Position numbers and translations under genes: made by a program | Part shown: one piece after another, positions 18,148 through 28,446 of the stretch | Position numbering within the stretch: the first letter of the stretch is position 1 | Layout of the letters: each line of letters opens with the position of its first letter | The notes under the pieces: model-generated | The model's input: the letters and a program-made list of their open reading frames with translations, nothing else | Told to the model about the DNA's origin: nothing | Database searches by the model: none | Origin: a virus | Taxonomy: Duplodnaviria; Caudoviricetes | Direction: 5' to 3' (one strand) | IMG/VR virus record: IMGVR_UViG_3300022924_000019 | Location: 1-59,842 of that record | DNA: 59,842 bases

Positions 18148-20991
18148 TCACCAGAAGGGGTTGAGAGTGCGAATGTTGAGACGCGGCGGCGCCGCGCAAA
18201 GGAAGGGAGCATAGGTCAGCAGACAGAGAAGCGCAACGTCATGCCCAGCTTGGACCCGGTGAGCATCACCGACCGACGCCTGATAGAGCCCTGGCTGCCG
18301 ATCTCCGATGGTTCCCGGTTTGCTCATCCAGTCGCGAAGCGGAACGCCGTAGAAGTTGAACGCCGAGTTGGCCAAGACCATGCTCCGGATGAAGTCGGTC
18401 GGGTCATCGGTGCCCGTAGTCGTATCGAGGTCCGGTTCCGTGTCCATCCAGACTTGCCGCTTGATGCCGGACAGGCGCGACAGGTTGGCGATCTGGCTGA
18501 TGCCGCCGTTGATGCTGGCGATTTGATCGGCCGGGATTGCCCCGCCGTCGTAATCCTGCATCCCGTTGCCCCAGACAGTGTTCTCGATTCCGGCCCACTG
18601 AAGGTGCGGCAGCATGGACGCGAAGACCCGGCGCTGGCTGTTGTAGTCGGACCCGTCCACGGACATGTTGAACATCTCGTCGCCTTCGAGCGCGAGGATC
18701 GCCCGGAGCTTGCCGATCAGGTTGACCGAGCTGTTGACACGAGAGACGTTCATGCTGTCCCCACCGAAGAGCGTCTTGCCCTTCCGGATCAGCGATTGGT
18801 GCGTGGCGTGGTAGTTCCGCATCCCGGTTCCGGTAATGCAGCCGAAGGCGACGGCCCCCGTCATCTGTCCGACTTTGCCCAGGTCGTTTGCCGTGACCCA
18901 GGTATTCAGAGGAACCGTAAGCGTGGTCCCCGCGGCTGCCGTCTGGGCGTAGTACTCGTGCGCTGCCGAAACCTGGGCGAGCCGAGCGGGTTGCAGACTC
19001 AGGTCCCAGACCCAGATATGCATGTCGCGGACGTCACGCAGCATGATCACGCGATAGCGGTGGCCGCTATCCACGTCGATCCCGGCGCCGAACGGATTGG
19101 TGATCGTGACGTAGGCGTTCGGGAAGGTCGAGCCGACCTGTTTCCACGCCTCGTGAATGACCAGGGTGTTGGGGACGGAGGGATCGTCGTGCGCGCCCAG
19201 GGTCACCAGGGTCCCGTAGTCATCGACCCCGGCTCGAAGTCCGGCGAACATGCGCGTACAAGTCCCGCTGCCGAACTCGATATCCTGGCTCATCAACGTC
19301 TTGTCGAGGTGAACCAGCAGCTCTCGGGTCACCCCCATGTTGATCCCGGCCGAGTCAACTTGGCAGTAGCCGGCGGCGTTGGTGACCGTTCCGGTCATGC
19401 CCCAGTTCAGACCGAGCGTCCCTGCCGCCCAGTCCTCGTCGAAAAAGATACCGTCCCAGAGCTTGTTGACCCGATTGCCGTGGGTCGCTACGTCGATTTC
19501 GAGTTGGTACTCGTAACGACGGTTTTGGGTGTTCCGTGTGAAGGTGTTCGGGCCGAGAAGGTCGCCGCCGAAGACAGTCAGAACACCGAAACCGGTCGGC
19601 TGCCCGATGTTCGCCGAACCGTTGCTGTAGGAAACATGCGCGTCGTTGGTGCCGCAGCGGAATCCGAGGAGCGTGTTGAAGCCGTAGGACGGAATCCCCC
19701 GCGGCAGGGTGCCGTCGAGAACGCTGAAGGTGTTCAGGCCGGCCACGGTGCACTGCACGGTGAAACTGTAGTAGACGTTGATCGCCGTGCCGCCCAGGCG
19801 CAGGGCGCACATGACGGTGAGGGGGCCGGTGTTCTCGGTCGCCACGCGCAGCGTCCGGAGCTTGCCCGCATACTGGGCGGTCTCCCGCATCCATGTCGTA
19901 GTCGCCGCACCAGACGAAGACAGACCGAAACCAGTCGAGGCCGGGGTTTCGGTGCGCCCGACCGTGATGGTGCGGCCTTCGCTGTAGAGGCCCGTGTCGA
20001 GGACCGTTGCGAAAGAGCCGTCGTCGAACTGGACCTTGATATAGAACTGGGTCGAGGTGTTGGTCGTGTACGTGCCGACCGCGAAGGTCCCAGTCGCGTT
20101 GCCCGCCGTATGGTAGAACGGAACGGCCCCCGCACCGTTGGTGACGGTGGCGATCTTGCTCGTCGTCGAGAAGGCCCGGAGGCCCGGATACCACCCGGCC
20201 TCGAACCGGTGCATCGTCTTCAACTGCCCGTTATCGACGTTCTGGGCGAAGGACCCGACTCCGACGTCGAACAGGTCTTCTCGCTGACTTACGAAATTAC
20301 TTCCGACCTTGGTGGCCCACTTGAGCTGCCCCAGACCGGCGCCGCCGCTGTTATTCCCGTACCCGCCGATTTCGATCACCCGGCCGCCCTGGGGCATCGG
20401 CGTGGCGAACATGCGGGTACTGTCTTGCGTAGCCCAGTTGCCGCCCGTGACCGGAACCGGAATGCCGAAGAGAGACTGACTGACGAGATCTTCTTCGTAC
20501 TTGGCCAGCCGGCCGCCGACACTGACGAGGTTGGAGCCCAGGCTTTGCAGCAGCAGCGCGGACGGATCGCTCGCGATGAAGGTGGCCGACCCAGCGTCGT
20601 TGCGGTAGAGCCGAGTGAACGTATTGGTGTTGTCACCGGGGATCAGGAAGAAGCGATTGGTCGTCCCGGTGCCTGAAGAATTCGCGAGGCCCGCAGTCGT
20701 ATCAGCGAACACAGCGGCGCCCAGGGTCGAGGCGATAAGAGCGATCTGCGCTGCCGCAGCCAGATTGATCTCGGCAATCTTCAGGTCGCCGGTTTCTTCG
20801 ATCTGGCCGACTTCTTCATCAACGGCGACTTCGAGTTCCGCCATAACCCGCGACAAGGTCTTGACCGATCCGACGTCGATGGCGACTTCCGAATCCGGCC
20901 CTGTTGCCGGGCCGTTTACAACCCCGTCCAGGCGCTCGCCGTTGACGACGAGCTTTTCCATGATCGCTTGGGCTTCTTCTTGCGTAGGCAT
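18148..20991 (-). CDS. Tail fibre/spike with C-terminal SGNH-like domain
   Basis: 947 aa, Gly/Thr-rich beta content; FGGDSM, NMSVDG, GNGMQD, GDAHR..GH. Confidence 0.7.
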   Translation of the reverse strand: MPTQEEAQAIMEKLVVNGERLDGVVNGPATGPDSEVAIDVGSVKTLSRVMAELEVAVDEEVGQIEETGDLKIAEINLAAAAQIALIASTLGAAVFADTTAGLANSSGTGTTNRFFLIPGDNTNTFTRLYRNDAGSATFIASDPSALLLQSLGSNLVSVGGRLAKYEEDLVSQSLFGIPVPVTGGNWATQDSTRMFATPMPQGGRVIEIGGYGNNSGGAGLGQLKWATKVGSNFVSQREDLFDVGVGSFAQNVDNGQLKTMHRFEAGWYPGLRAFSTTSKIATVTNGAGAVPFYHTAGNATGTFAVGTYTTNTSTQFYIKVQFDDGSFATVLDTGLYSEGRTITVGRTETPASTGFGLSSSGAATTTWMRETAQYAGKLRTLRVATENTGPLTVMCALRLGGTAINVYYSFTVQCTVAGLNTFSVLDGTLPRGIPSYGFNTLLGFRCGTNDAHVSYSNGSANIGQPTGFGVLTVFGGDLLGPNTFTRNTQNRRYEYQLEIDVATHGNRVNKLWDGIFFDEDWAAGTLGLNWGMTGTVTNAAGYCQVDSAGINMGVTRELLVHLDKTLMSQDIEFGSGTCTRMFAGLRAGVDDYGTLVTLGAHDDPSVPNTLVIHEAWKQVGSTFPNAYVTITNPFGAGIDVDSGHRYRVIMLRDVRDMHIWVWDLSLQPARLAQVSAAHEYYAQTAAAGTTLTVPLNTWVTANDLGKVGQMTGAVAFGCITGTGMRNYHATHQSLIRKGKTLFGGDSMNVSRVNSSVNLIGKLRAILALEGDEMFNMSVDGSDYNSQRRVFASMLPHLQWAGIENTVWGNGMQDYDGGAIPADQIASINGGISQIANLSRLSGIKRQVWMDTEPDLDTTTGTDDPTDFIRSMVLANSAFNFYGVPLRDWMSKPGTIGDRQPGLYQASVGDAHRVQAGHDVALLCLLTYAPFLCAAPPRLNIRTLNPFW

Positions 20992-20997
20992 GTGTCG

Positions 20998-22347
20998 CTA
21001 TTCCACTTCGGCAGAAAGGGGGTAGATCTCGTTGACGAATTCGTCGAGCGGATCATAGATGGCGGAAATAAAAGCCCACCCGAAGGTGTCCAGAATCCAT
21101 TGTTGTCCTTCGTCGAACACTTCGTCGATTCCTTCAGGGGCGAGGTCAGGCAGGCTGGAAACCGATAGTTGTGTCCGGCTCACCGATTCGGTCAAGAACT
21201 CAATAGTCATGGTGTCGCTAGCGAACCGGTAAACACTCAGCCAGGACAGGCATCGTAGGTCCGCCGCAGCAATCGGCCAGGGGGTCGGCGGCTCGAATTC
21301 AATGACGCTGTTGCCTCCATCTTCAGTGATCTCGACAATCTTCCGGAAGACCATGTCTCCCGTCTTGTAGACGAACGCGAAAGCTCTACGGATCGGGTCG
21401 TCACTGAAATACGCGACGATATCCGTTCCCGCGACCGTCACGCTCGTGTCCCAACTGTCGAGGTCGGAGAGCGGGGTCATGTCAGGCTGCCATGTCGGCA
21501 TGTAAAACTCGCCGCGTTGCCCTTTCATCCGGCAGAAAAACGTCCGCAGCTCTTCGCCCTGGGCGAGCGTATCGCTCAAATACGATGCCTGAAGAACTCG
21601 AGTGGCGAAGACGATAGGTCGGAAGGTCGCGGTTACGCCCTGGCCGTAGTCTACGGTTTCCCGAGGCGCCCTGTAATTCGCAGACGGCGGAGTGCCCCAG
21701 TTGCCTTTCCAGCGAAAGACTTCTCGGCCTCCCCAAGTGTTGAGCCAGTCTGTTTCCGGCGCGTCGTTGTCCTCGCTCGCCGGGGTCACGTCGAAGTCAA
21801 GCGACGCTGTCGCTACCGTACTCGTGCGGAAGGTGACCGCCGTATCGTCATTCAGGTATCCTGCCCGCAGAGGGCACACCCTGGTCCCGATAGGCCAGGA
21901 AGTGATTTCCGATTCTAGGAAATCGACATGATAAGTCGTCACGTCTCCGACCGTTTCGACGACAACGGAATCTATGGTCCGCAGGCCGACGCGAATATCG
22001 TCGATCAGGCCAACAACTGCGCCCTCAACGACCCACGCCGCCGGGTGGTCGGCCTCAGTTACGAAGGTCGTCGTCACCCCACTCGCCGCGAGACCGTATG
22101 TGGTGAAGCCTCGCGGCTCTTCAGCGAAGTAGAGTTCTTGGTTTTGCGAGGTGAACATCACCCGGTCGAACAACGTCAGTCTAGGCCCATCGACCAAGAG
22201 GCTCGTCTGAAAGCCCTTGCGGGCGGTCTCTCTCCTTGCCCGTCGCTGTTCTGTGCCGTTCCGGCTAGTGAGAATGTCTGTCGAGAACTCGTAGGTCGTC
22301 GTATAGGGCGACGACCAGTTGTGCGAGAAAGGGAAGAGCGTCGGCAT
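20998..22347 (-). CDS. Distal tail / minor tail protein
   Basis: TDILTSRNGTEQRRARR, MKGQRGEFYMPTW; follows the tape measure gene. Confidence 0.75.
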   Translation of the reverse strand: MPTLFPFSHNWSSPYTTTYEFSTDILTSRNGTEQRRARRETARKGFQTSLLVDGPRLTLFDRVMFTSQNQELYFAEEPRGFTTYGLAASGVTTTFVTEADHPAAWVVEGAVVGLIDDIRVGLRTIDSVVVETVGDVTTYHVDFLESEITSWPIGTRVCPLRAGYLNDDTAVTFRTSTVATASLDFDVTPASEDNDAPETDWLNTWGGREVFRWKGNWGTPPSANYRAPRETVDYGQGVTATFRPIVFATRVLQASYLSDTLAQGEELRTFFCRMKGQRGEFYMPTWQPDMTPLSDLDSWDTSVTVAGTDIVAYFSDDPIRRAFAFVYKTGDMVFRKIVEITEDGGNSVIEFEPPTPWPIAAADLRCLSWLSVYRFASDTMTIEFLTESVSRTQLSVSSLPDLAPEGIDEVFDEGQQWILDTFGWAFISAIYDPLDEFVNEIYPLSAEVE

Positions 22348-25300
22348 CAGCTCACCGTCCCCTTGAAGACATTCGAGTTCTCCTGAACCCAGTTGAGGAA
22401 CACCTTCTCGCCCTCGCTGTCGGCCAGGGCCAGGCGAAGCATCTCGACCGGATCGAACAGGTTGATCGTCTTGGTCTTGAAGATCGGCCGAGCGGCCGCC
22501 GCGCCCTGGTTCTTCCCGCCGTTCAGGACGTGGCGAGGATCGTCCCTGGTGAGGACTTCTTCGCCGATCTCAAGAACAGCAGCACGCTCTCTCGGACCCA
22601 AACCGACTGCCGGGGTCCCGGAATGGTATCGCGGGGCGTTAGCGAACAACGACGGGCTCAGCGACCGGCTACGTCCGCCGCCGGCCGAACCGATGACCGC
22701 GCCGTCATGCGCAATGGCTGCCGTAAAGTTCGCTGCCGTCTGCACCGCAGCCGCCGCCGCAAGCTCTTGCGCCGCTTCCTTGAGTTGCTTGGCGACAAGG
22801 AACCAGGGTAGTGCGGACCCGGCGAGAACGTTGCTGGCAGTCCCGAGTTGCTTGGACGCGATACTGAGCGTAGCCGATCCTGCGATCAGGCCCGAGAAGT
22901 CTCCGACGCCCTTTGACAGACCGTCGAGGAACGGCAGGCTCTTGATCGCCTTCAGCACGAGCATCTGAATGATCAGATCGGCGATCCCCTTCAGGAACGA
23001 CGCGATGAAATTCAGCGCCGCCGCACCGAGGGCGTCGAGTACGTCTTCCCACTCTCCGGTCCCGTCCACGGCCTTGCCGATGGCCTCGACGACGGTGTTG
23101 ATCCCTTCGACGATCCCTTGACTGAAGAGCTGGACAATCGTGTCCTTGATCTTGGTGAAGTTCGCATCGACGTAGACCGCCTGAGTAGACAGCAGTTGCA
23201 TCTTCGCAATCCAGGCATCGTATGCCTGTTGCGTGATTTGGCCGGTGGCGAGCTGAAGGTCTTTCAGTTCCTTCATCTGGGCGATCTGGGCAGCAATCAA
23301 AGGCTGCGCCTGCATATAGGCGTCACGGGTCTTCTCGGCGGCCTGGGCCTCCGTCAGAACGCCGACCGTAACGAGCTGGTTGTAGGTCTCGACAAGATCA
23401 TTCCGTTGCGAAATGATTTCGTTCAGCTCGCGCTCTTCCGCCGCGCCGACAGACTGTCCGAGTTGAGCCGATGGCGTGTTGTTGGCCTTGGTGTTGTTCG
23501 CCGCCGCCCGAAGCTGTTTCATCTGTTCGATGAACGCTTTCAGCTCGGGCGTCGGGTTGGCGCCGGCCAGGGCTTCGGCGAATAGAACCGCATCGTCCGC
23601 CATCTTGGCGATCTCGGGCGAAATCCGGGTTTGGATCTCTTGCGCCCGACGCAGAGCTTCAGCGCCCGAGATTTCGCCGCGGGCGTACTCATCGGCGATC
23701 TTCTTAAGCTCCGCCGCCCGCTGTTGTTCGAGCGACTTGATCGAGTCGGCGTAGTAGTCCTGTTGTTCCTGTTGTTTGAGGATCGTCTTGTTGGCGTTGA
23801 TCTGCGCCTCGAAGTCGGCGAGCGACATGCCATTGATCGACGTGCCGCCAGACGCCTTGAACTTCGCCAGGGTATCAAACAGCTTTTCATATGCCGTATC
23901 GACCGCCGCGAGGCGCGAGGTCAGATCGGTTTGCTGCTGCTTGGCAATCTTGCCTTCCATGGCCCGCATGTCGTTGGCGAGCTGTTGTTCGAGCGCGTTG
24001 CGCCGGTTCTCGTCGGCGCGGGCCTTCGAATCCTCCCGTCGTGCAGCAGCCGAATCCTTACGGCCCTGCGCCGCAGCGAGGTTCGTGCGCGCGATCTGTT
24101 CGGCCAGTGCCTTCGCTTCCGCGACTTGGGCCTTAGTCGCTCCGGCGCTTTGGGCCTCCCGTTGCGCCTTCAGGCCGGCGAGCCGGATCTTCTCGGCCGC
24201 GCTGACCTCCTTCGTCGCCGCAGCCTGTTCACGAAGGTTCGACATGTAGTCTTCGCCGGCCTTAGTCGACTGGGCTGAGGCCGCACTGACGACGTCGGTC
24301 ACGGCTTTCTCAGTTGCCGTAATCGTGCCCTGCATCTTCTTGATATCAGCTTGCACTTCACTCAGGCTGCGAGCCCGGCGCGTGATGTTGGCGCCCGTCT
24401 GGGCTCGCGGTTCCGTCCCCGCGAACGGCACTCGATCCCCGCTAAACCCTCGCCGAGCGATAGCCGTGCTTTCTTCCTCTCGGAGATCGGCCAGTCGTGC
24501 GCGCTGACGTTCGAGGAGTGGGTTGAAGCCGGGCTTTCCCTTCGCTCCCGGAATGTTCGCGGCGGCGTCCTTGGCCGCGTTCGCCAGGAGCCCGAGCCAG
24601 CGGATCATCTCCTTGACGGGACCCAGGTTGCCCAGGAGCGTCAAGAAACTGTCCCAGACCGTCGTCAGCGACCGTCCGGCCTGCGCCCAGGGCCCAAGAG
24701 CCTGCGCCGCCCCTTCGTCCATCACGCGAGCATAGATCCGGAAAGCCTCGGTGCGGGCCTCCGCCGCCTTCCCCTGGTCGAACAGGTCTTTGATATGCTG
24801 CCGCTCGGTGACCGAGAGGAAGTTCAGAGACTCGTCGAGCTTGCGGACTTCCTCGTATCCACCCGTGAACGCGGTAGCCATGGATTTCGCGGCATCGACC
24901 ATCTCGACGCCCAGGGCAATCGAAGTGTTCTCGGCGGCAATCCCGAACGCTTCGAGTTGTTCGGCAGCGATCCCTTGAGCGAGGAACGACTTGATCGCGA
25001 CCTTGGCGTTTTCGAGACTGCCCCCGTAGACGTCAAGATTGTGTGCGGTCTCGGCCAGGGCTTTCGCGTTGTAGGCGGCGCCGTCCGCGCTGACTGTCAG
25101 CGCCGCGTTGAACTCGCGCGCCGACGCTGCAAGATCGAACAGGTTCTTGAACGTCGCGATCACCGGGATCAGCAGCGCGGCGGCGGCAGCGATGATCGGA
25201 ATCTTGGTGGCGATCTGGCCGAACAGACGCGGGAAGAGCTGGAAGATCTGACCGCCCTGCTGGGCGAAGGTTTGGGTAACACTCGTGCCGCTCGAAATCT

Positions 25301-26513
25301 GAGTGAAGACGTCGTTGAGCTGATAGCCGAGGTTCTGAAGCTCATAAGGCTTCAGGCCAAGGAACCGGCCCGTTCGCGTGTTCTGCCCCGCCTGGGCTTT
25401 GTCCAGCTTTCCGACCGCGACCGCCGTCTGTTCCGCCGCCGTCTTCAGGCGCATCTCGGCTTGCGCCAGTTGATCGGTCGAAATCTTGGCGGCGTCGAGC
25501 GGACGCTTCAGGGCGACAAGTTTTCCCCGCTCCTGATCCAGCGCCCGGCCGGCCAGGGTCATGTTGCCCTCGACTTGCGCCAGGGCACGGGCCAGCTCTT
25601 CGTTCGGTTCATCCGACGTGGCGACTGCTTCGGCTGCGCGCAGCACGTCAAGACGGTACGCCTCGAACGCAGCGGAGGCTCGATTAACGGCCGCTTCTTG
25701 ATTGCGGTAGTTGTCGATCATGGCGCCTTGGCGAACCAGTTCGCCTTGCGCCCGGCCGAGGTCGTTGATCGCGTCCTGATAGTCCCGGATCGGCCGGTCG
25801 GCGTTGCCGATGAAAGTGCTGAGCTGCTTAACTTCTTCTTCCAGTCCGTCAAGCGTACTGCGCGCATTTCGGGCCGGGTCGATGATCGCCATCAGACCCG
25901 AAGCGAACTTGGAGCTATTCGAAGCGGCTTCTGCCGACTCGGCGGACCACCGCTCTACGCTCGACGCGCTGGCGGCAGCCTGGGCGCCGACCAATCGGAA
26001 GGCGCTGAGCTGGGCGATCTTCTCCTGATCGGCCAGGGCCTTTTCGATGGCGTCAGCGAGTTGGAGCGATCCGCGCTCTGAGGCCGAGCGAGAGGCCCGG
26101 TCGCCCGTGGCCTTCTCGAACGCCCCGAAAGTGGCGTTGAACTTGGTCTCGGCCTTGCCAAGTCGGGCCGTCAGGCGGTCAACGTCCTTGTCCGCCCGCT
26201 CCGCCGCTTTGCCTAGGCTCTCGAACTCGCGGGTCTGCTTGCGCGTCGGCTCGACGCCCTTGCCGAGCGAGTTGGCGTAATCATCGTAAGCCTTGCGGGC
26301 GGAGACCGCCTTGTCCTGCGCATCCTTGAGCTGCTTGCTCGTCGCGCTGTAGAGTTCGGCGCTGGCTTCGGCTGCCGCCAGCGCCGCTTTCTCTTGGTCC
26401 GTGAGGGCCTTGGTGACCTTCCGAACATTCGCCGCCGCGCTGTTCGAAGCGGCGCCGGTCTGATCGACGCCCCTGATGCGAAGTTCTACGTCGCGGCGAT
26501 TGTCGTTGGACAT
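22347..26513 (-). CDS. Tape measure protein
   Basis: 1388 aa, Ala-rich helical; NLGYQLNDVFTQ..QQGGQI; APRYHSG. Confidence 0.93.
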   Translation of the reverse strand: MSNDNRRDVELRIRGVDQTGAASNSAAANVRKVTKALTDQEKAALAAAEASAELYSATSKQLKDAQDKAVSARKAYDDYANSLGKGVEPTRKQTREFESLGKAAERADKDVDRLTARLGKAETKFNATFGAFEKATGDRASRSASERGSLQLADAIEKALADQEKIAQLSAFRLVGAQAAASASSVERWSAESAEAASNSSKFASGLMAIIDPARNARSTLDGLEEEVKQLSTFIGNADRPIRDYQDAINDLGRAQGELVRQGAMIDNYRNQEAAVNRASAAFEAYRLDVLRAAEAVATSDEPNEELARALAQVEGNMTLAGRALDQERGKLVALKRPLDAAKISTDQLAQAEMRLKTAAEQTAVAVGKLDKAQAGQNTRTGRFLGLKPYELQNLGYQLNDVFTQISSGTSVTQTFAQQGGQIFQLFPRLFGQIATKIPIIAAAAALLIPVIATFKNLFDLAASAREFNAALTVSADGAAYNAKALAETAHNLDVYGGSLENAKVAIKSFLAQGIAAEQLEAFGIAAENTSIALGVEMVDAAKSMATAFTGGYEEVRKLDESLNFLSVTERQHIKDLFDQGKAAEARTEAFRIYARVMDEGAAQALGPWAQAGRSLTTVWDSFLTLLGNLGPVKEMIRWLGLLANAAKDAAANIPGAKGKPGFNPLLERQRARLADLREEESTAIARRGFSGDRVPFAGTEPRAQTGANITRRARSLSEVQADIKKMQGTITATEKAVTDVVSAASAQSTKAGEDYMSNLREQAAATKEVSAAEKIRLAGLKAQREAQSAGATKAQVAEAKALAEQIARTNLAAAQGRKDSAAARREDSKARADENRRNALEQQLANDMRAMEGKIAKQQQTDLTSRLAAVDTAYEKLFDTLAKFKASGGTSINGMSLADFEAQINANKTILKQQEQQDYYADSIKSLEQQRAAELKKIADEYARGEISGAEALRRAQEIQTRISPEIAKMADDAVLFAEALAGANPTPELKAFIEQMKQLRAAANNTKANNTPSAQLGQSVGAAEERELNEIISQRNDLVETYNQLVTVGVLTEAQAAEKTRDAYMQAQPLIAAQIAQMKELKDLQLATGQITQQAYDAWIAKMQLLSTQAVYVDANFTKIKDTIVQLFSQGIVEGINTVVEAIGKAVDGTGEWEDVLDALGAAALNFIASFLKGIADLIIQMLVLKAIKSLPFLDGLSKGVGDFSGLIAGSATLSIASKQLGTASNVLAGSALPWFLVAKQLKEAAQELAAAAAVQTAANFTAAIAHDGAVIGSAGGGRSRSLSPSLFANAPRYHSGTPAVGLGPRERAAVLEIGEEVLTRDDPRHVLNGGKNQGAAAARPIFKTKTINLFDPVEMLRLALADSEGEKVFLNWVQENSNVFKGTVS

Positions 26514-26842
26514 TAAACCCGAAGCTCCTTCAGAGCCTTTTCCAGCAACTTCGACTTCTTGCTATCGAGAATCGAGATGATGGCAGTTTGGAGCAAGACA
26601 GTCTCGGTCGCAATTTTGGCATTGATCCTGCGTCTGACGACGCTGACTTCTGCCCAGACCATGCCAACCGGATAACGGCGAGCGTGTCGATGACCTTCGG
26701 AGAGGAGAAGGCTTACGTCTTCTCGGACTCCCCAGTAGAATCTTTCGAGATCAGTTCCACGATCTGCGACCTTAGCGTTTCCCGCTTTTCGGCGGTCAAC
26801 ACGCCCTTGACCAGACTGACCAAGGTCGCCGAGAGGTTTTTT
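26513..26842 (-). CDS. -1 frameshift extension of the tail chaperone (gpGT-like)
   Basis: A AAA AAC at 26842-26836; the -1 frame is open to a TAA overlapping the tape measure ATG. Confidence 0.8.
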   Translation of the reverse strand, partial: KKPLGDLGQSGQGRVDRRKAGNAKVADRGTDLERFYWGVREDVSLLLSEGHRHARRYPVGMVWAEVSVVRRRINAKIATETVLLQTAIISILDSKKSKLLEKALKELRV

Positions 26843-27234
26843 AGGTTTCCACCCTCATCTTCAAAGGTGAGGGCCAGGATGCGGTTCAGGGCCTTGATCT
26901 GAACCGAGAACGGGAGTTTGGCGTATTTCTGGACCAGGGGCCTCTGATCGGCGGCGGCGGAAATGATTTCGGCCGCGAGCAAGGGCGCCTCACGAATGAC
27001 GGTCATGACGAAGGCGTCAAGGTAGCTGCCCCGTCCAACCGCCGAAAGCTGAATGCGCTGCCAGAGAACCCAGAGCTGTTCGATATCGGTGACGTAGTCG
27101 GCCAGGATCGCCGACATGTCCGTCAAGCCGAGTCCCCGCACCGGGAACTTGTGTGTCTTCGGCTCGCCGTCCTTGGGCGTCTGGACAAAGCTGATCTCTT
27201 CGACCAGTGGTTCAAAATCTTCTAGGCCCGCCAT
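26713..27234 (-). CDS. Tail assembly chaperone (gpG-like)
   Basis: Between the major tail and tape measure genes; contains the slippery site. Confidence 0.82.
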   Translation of the reverse strand: MAGLEDFEPLVEEISFVQTPKDGEPKTHKFPVRGLGLTDMSAILADYVTDIEQLWVLWQRIQLSAVGRGSYLDAFVMTVIREAPLLAAEIISAAADQRPLVQKYAKLPFSVQIKALNRILALTFEDEGGNLKNLSATLVSLVKGVLTAEKRETLRSQIVELISKDSTGESEKT

Positions 27235-27312
27235 GGGATTTCCTTTGCAAGAGATGGGCGACGGCCTGAGTAGACCGCCGCCCTAGACTTCCGTTTGCTG
27301 CGACGACGCCGA

Positions 27313-28413
27313 CTAGGCCGGGCCGCGGTTGGTCCAGTAGACCCGTTCCTTGCCGGTGGCCTTCAGGACTTCGATGTTGAAGCTCATCGTCTGCCAGTCG
27401 TCGCCCTTCAGGTTGTAGTCGCCGTCCGGGGTGACCTTGACCTTCGGGAAGAAGCCGTCACGACGGTCGCCCTCGACGGCATTCGACTGGAAGAACATCT
27501 CGCCGTAGATCGAGTTCTTCGACGAGATGACCGTCTCGACCGACTGGGCCTCGACGTCGTAGGTCACCGTCAGGTCATCTCCTTCGGCGATGTTGACCGC
27601 CGTGTCGAAGATGTAGAGGCGACCGCGTTCGAGATCGACCTCCCAGTTGCCATCGGCCGCAATGGGGCCGGTGGCCCCGCCGGTCAGGGTGGCCGCGCCG
27701 AACGCCGTCGCCGTGCCCACTTCCGTCGTGGTGATGGCGTTACCGGCCACGCCCCCGACCAGGGCGGTCAGGGTGAGAACGGCGGCGGACCCGGTCGCAA
27801 CAACGCCCGTCGCCGGGTGCGCGTTGATGTAGGTCTTGAGGTTCTGGGCCGTCGCCGTCGCCGAGGCGCCGACGTTGATCTGCTGGCCGGCCGCCCCGGA
27901 GGCGACCATGGTGATCAGGTGGCCGTTGATGGTCACCGTATCCGCCGCAGTGCCGGTCCCGCTGAGGGTCAGGGTCCCGGTGGCCTTCACGCCGGTCGGG
28001 CTGTTGATCGAGAAGTTGTCGATCCCGCCGTGGCCCTGCGGCATACTGGTACTGGCGCCGAGCTGGTAGTAGCGGCCCAGCTCGACGTCAGTCAGGACTT
28101 CGGAGACGCCGGCCGCCGAGGCGATGACGATCTGCGAGGCGCTGCCCAGGAACCAGAGAGCGAGGTTTTCCTTGCTGATATCGTCACAGGTGAAGGCGCC
28201 GGACGTATCCTGCGAAAGCGTGACGCTCCGGTTCTTCTCGTTGACGCCGTCGTCCGAGTTGTAGTGGTCCAGGTTCTCTTCGGCCTGGGCCAGATTGAAC
28301 TCGGTCGTGTTGCCGAGATAGCGTTGGCCGCCCGGCGTGCTGCTGCCTTGCTTGTACTTGCCGAAGTGCAGCCGGCCACGCCCGAGGACGATGTTCTGTT
28401 CATGGTCCGCCAT
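27313..28413 (-). CDS. Major tail tube protein with inserted domain
   Basis: VLGRGRLHF..RYLGNT.EF..DDISKENLALWFLG..PDGDYNLKGDDWQ. Confidence 0.88.
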   Translation of the reverse strand: MADHEQNIVLGRGRLHFGKYKQGSSTPGGQRYLGNTTEFNLAQAEENLDHYNSDDGVNEKNRSVTLSQDTSGAFTCDDISKENLALWFLGSASQIVIASAAGVSEVLTDVELGRYYQLGASTSMPQGHGGIDNFSINSPTGVKATGTLTLSGTGTAADTVTINGHLITMVASGAAGQQINVGASATATAQNLKTYINAHPATGVVATGSAAVLTLTALVGGVAGNAITTTEVGTATAFGAATLTGGATGPIAADGNWEVDLERGRLYIFDTAVNIAEGDDLTVTYDVEAQSVETVISSKNSIYGEMFFQSNAVEGDRRDGFFPKVKVTPDGDYNLKGDDWQTMSFNIEVLKATGKERVYWTNRGPA

Positions 28414-28446
28414 AGTCTTAAGTTCCTTCCAGTGCAGGCCGTTGGG

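Noticed and set aside
18136-20676. Long antisense ORFs (846 aa here; also 10554-11825, 14245-15603, 24351-26081, 27295-28563, 30333-32225, 58642-59679)
   Set aside because: They are shadows of GC-rich, codon-biased genes on the opposite strand, with no RBS or motifs.
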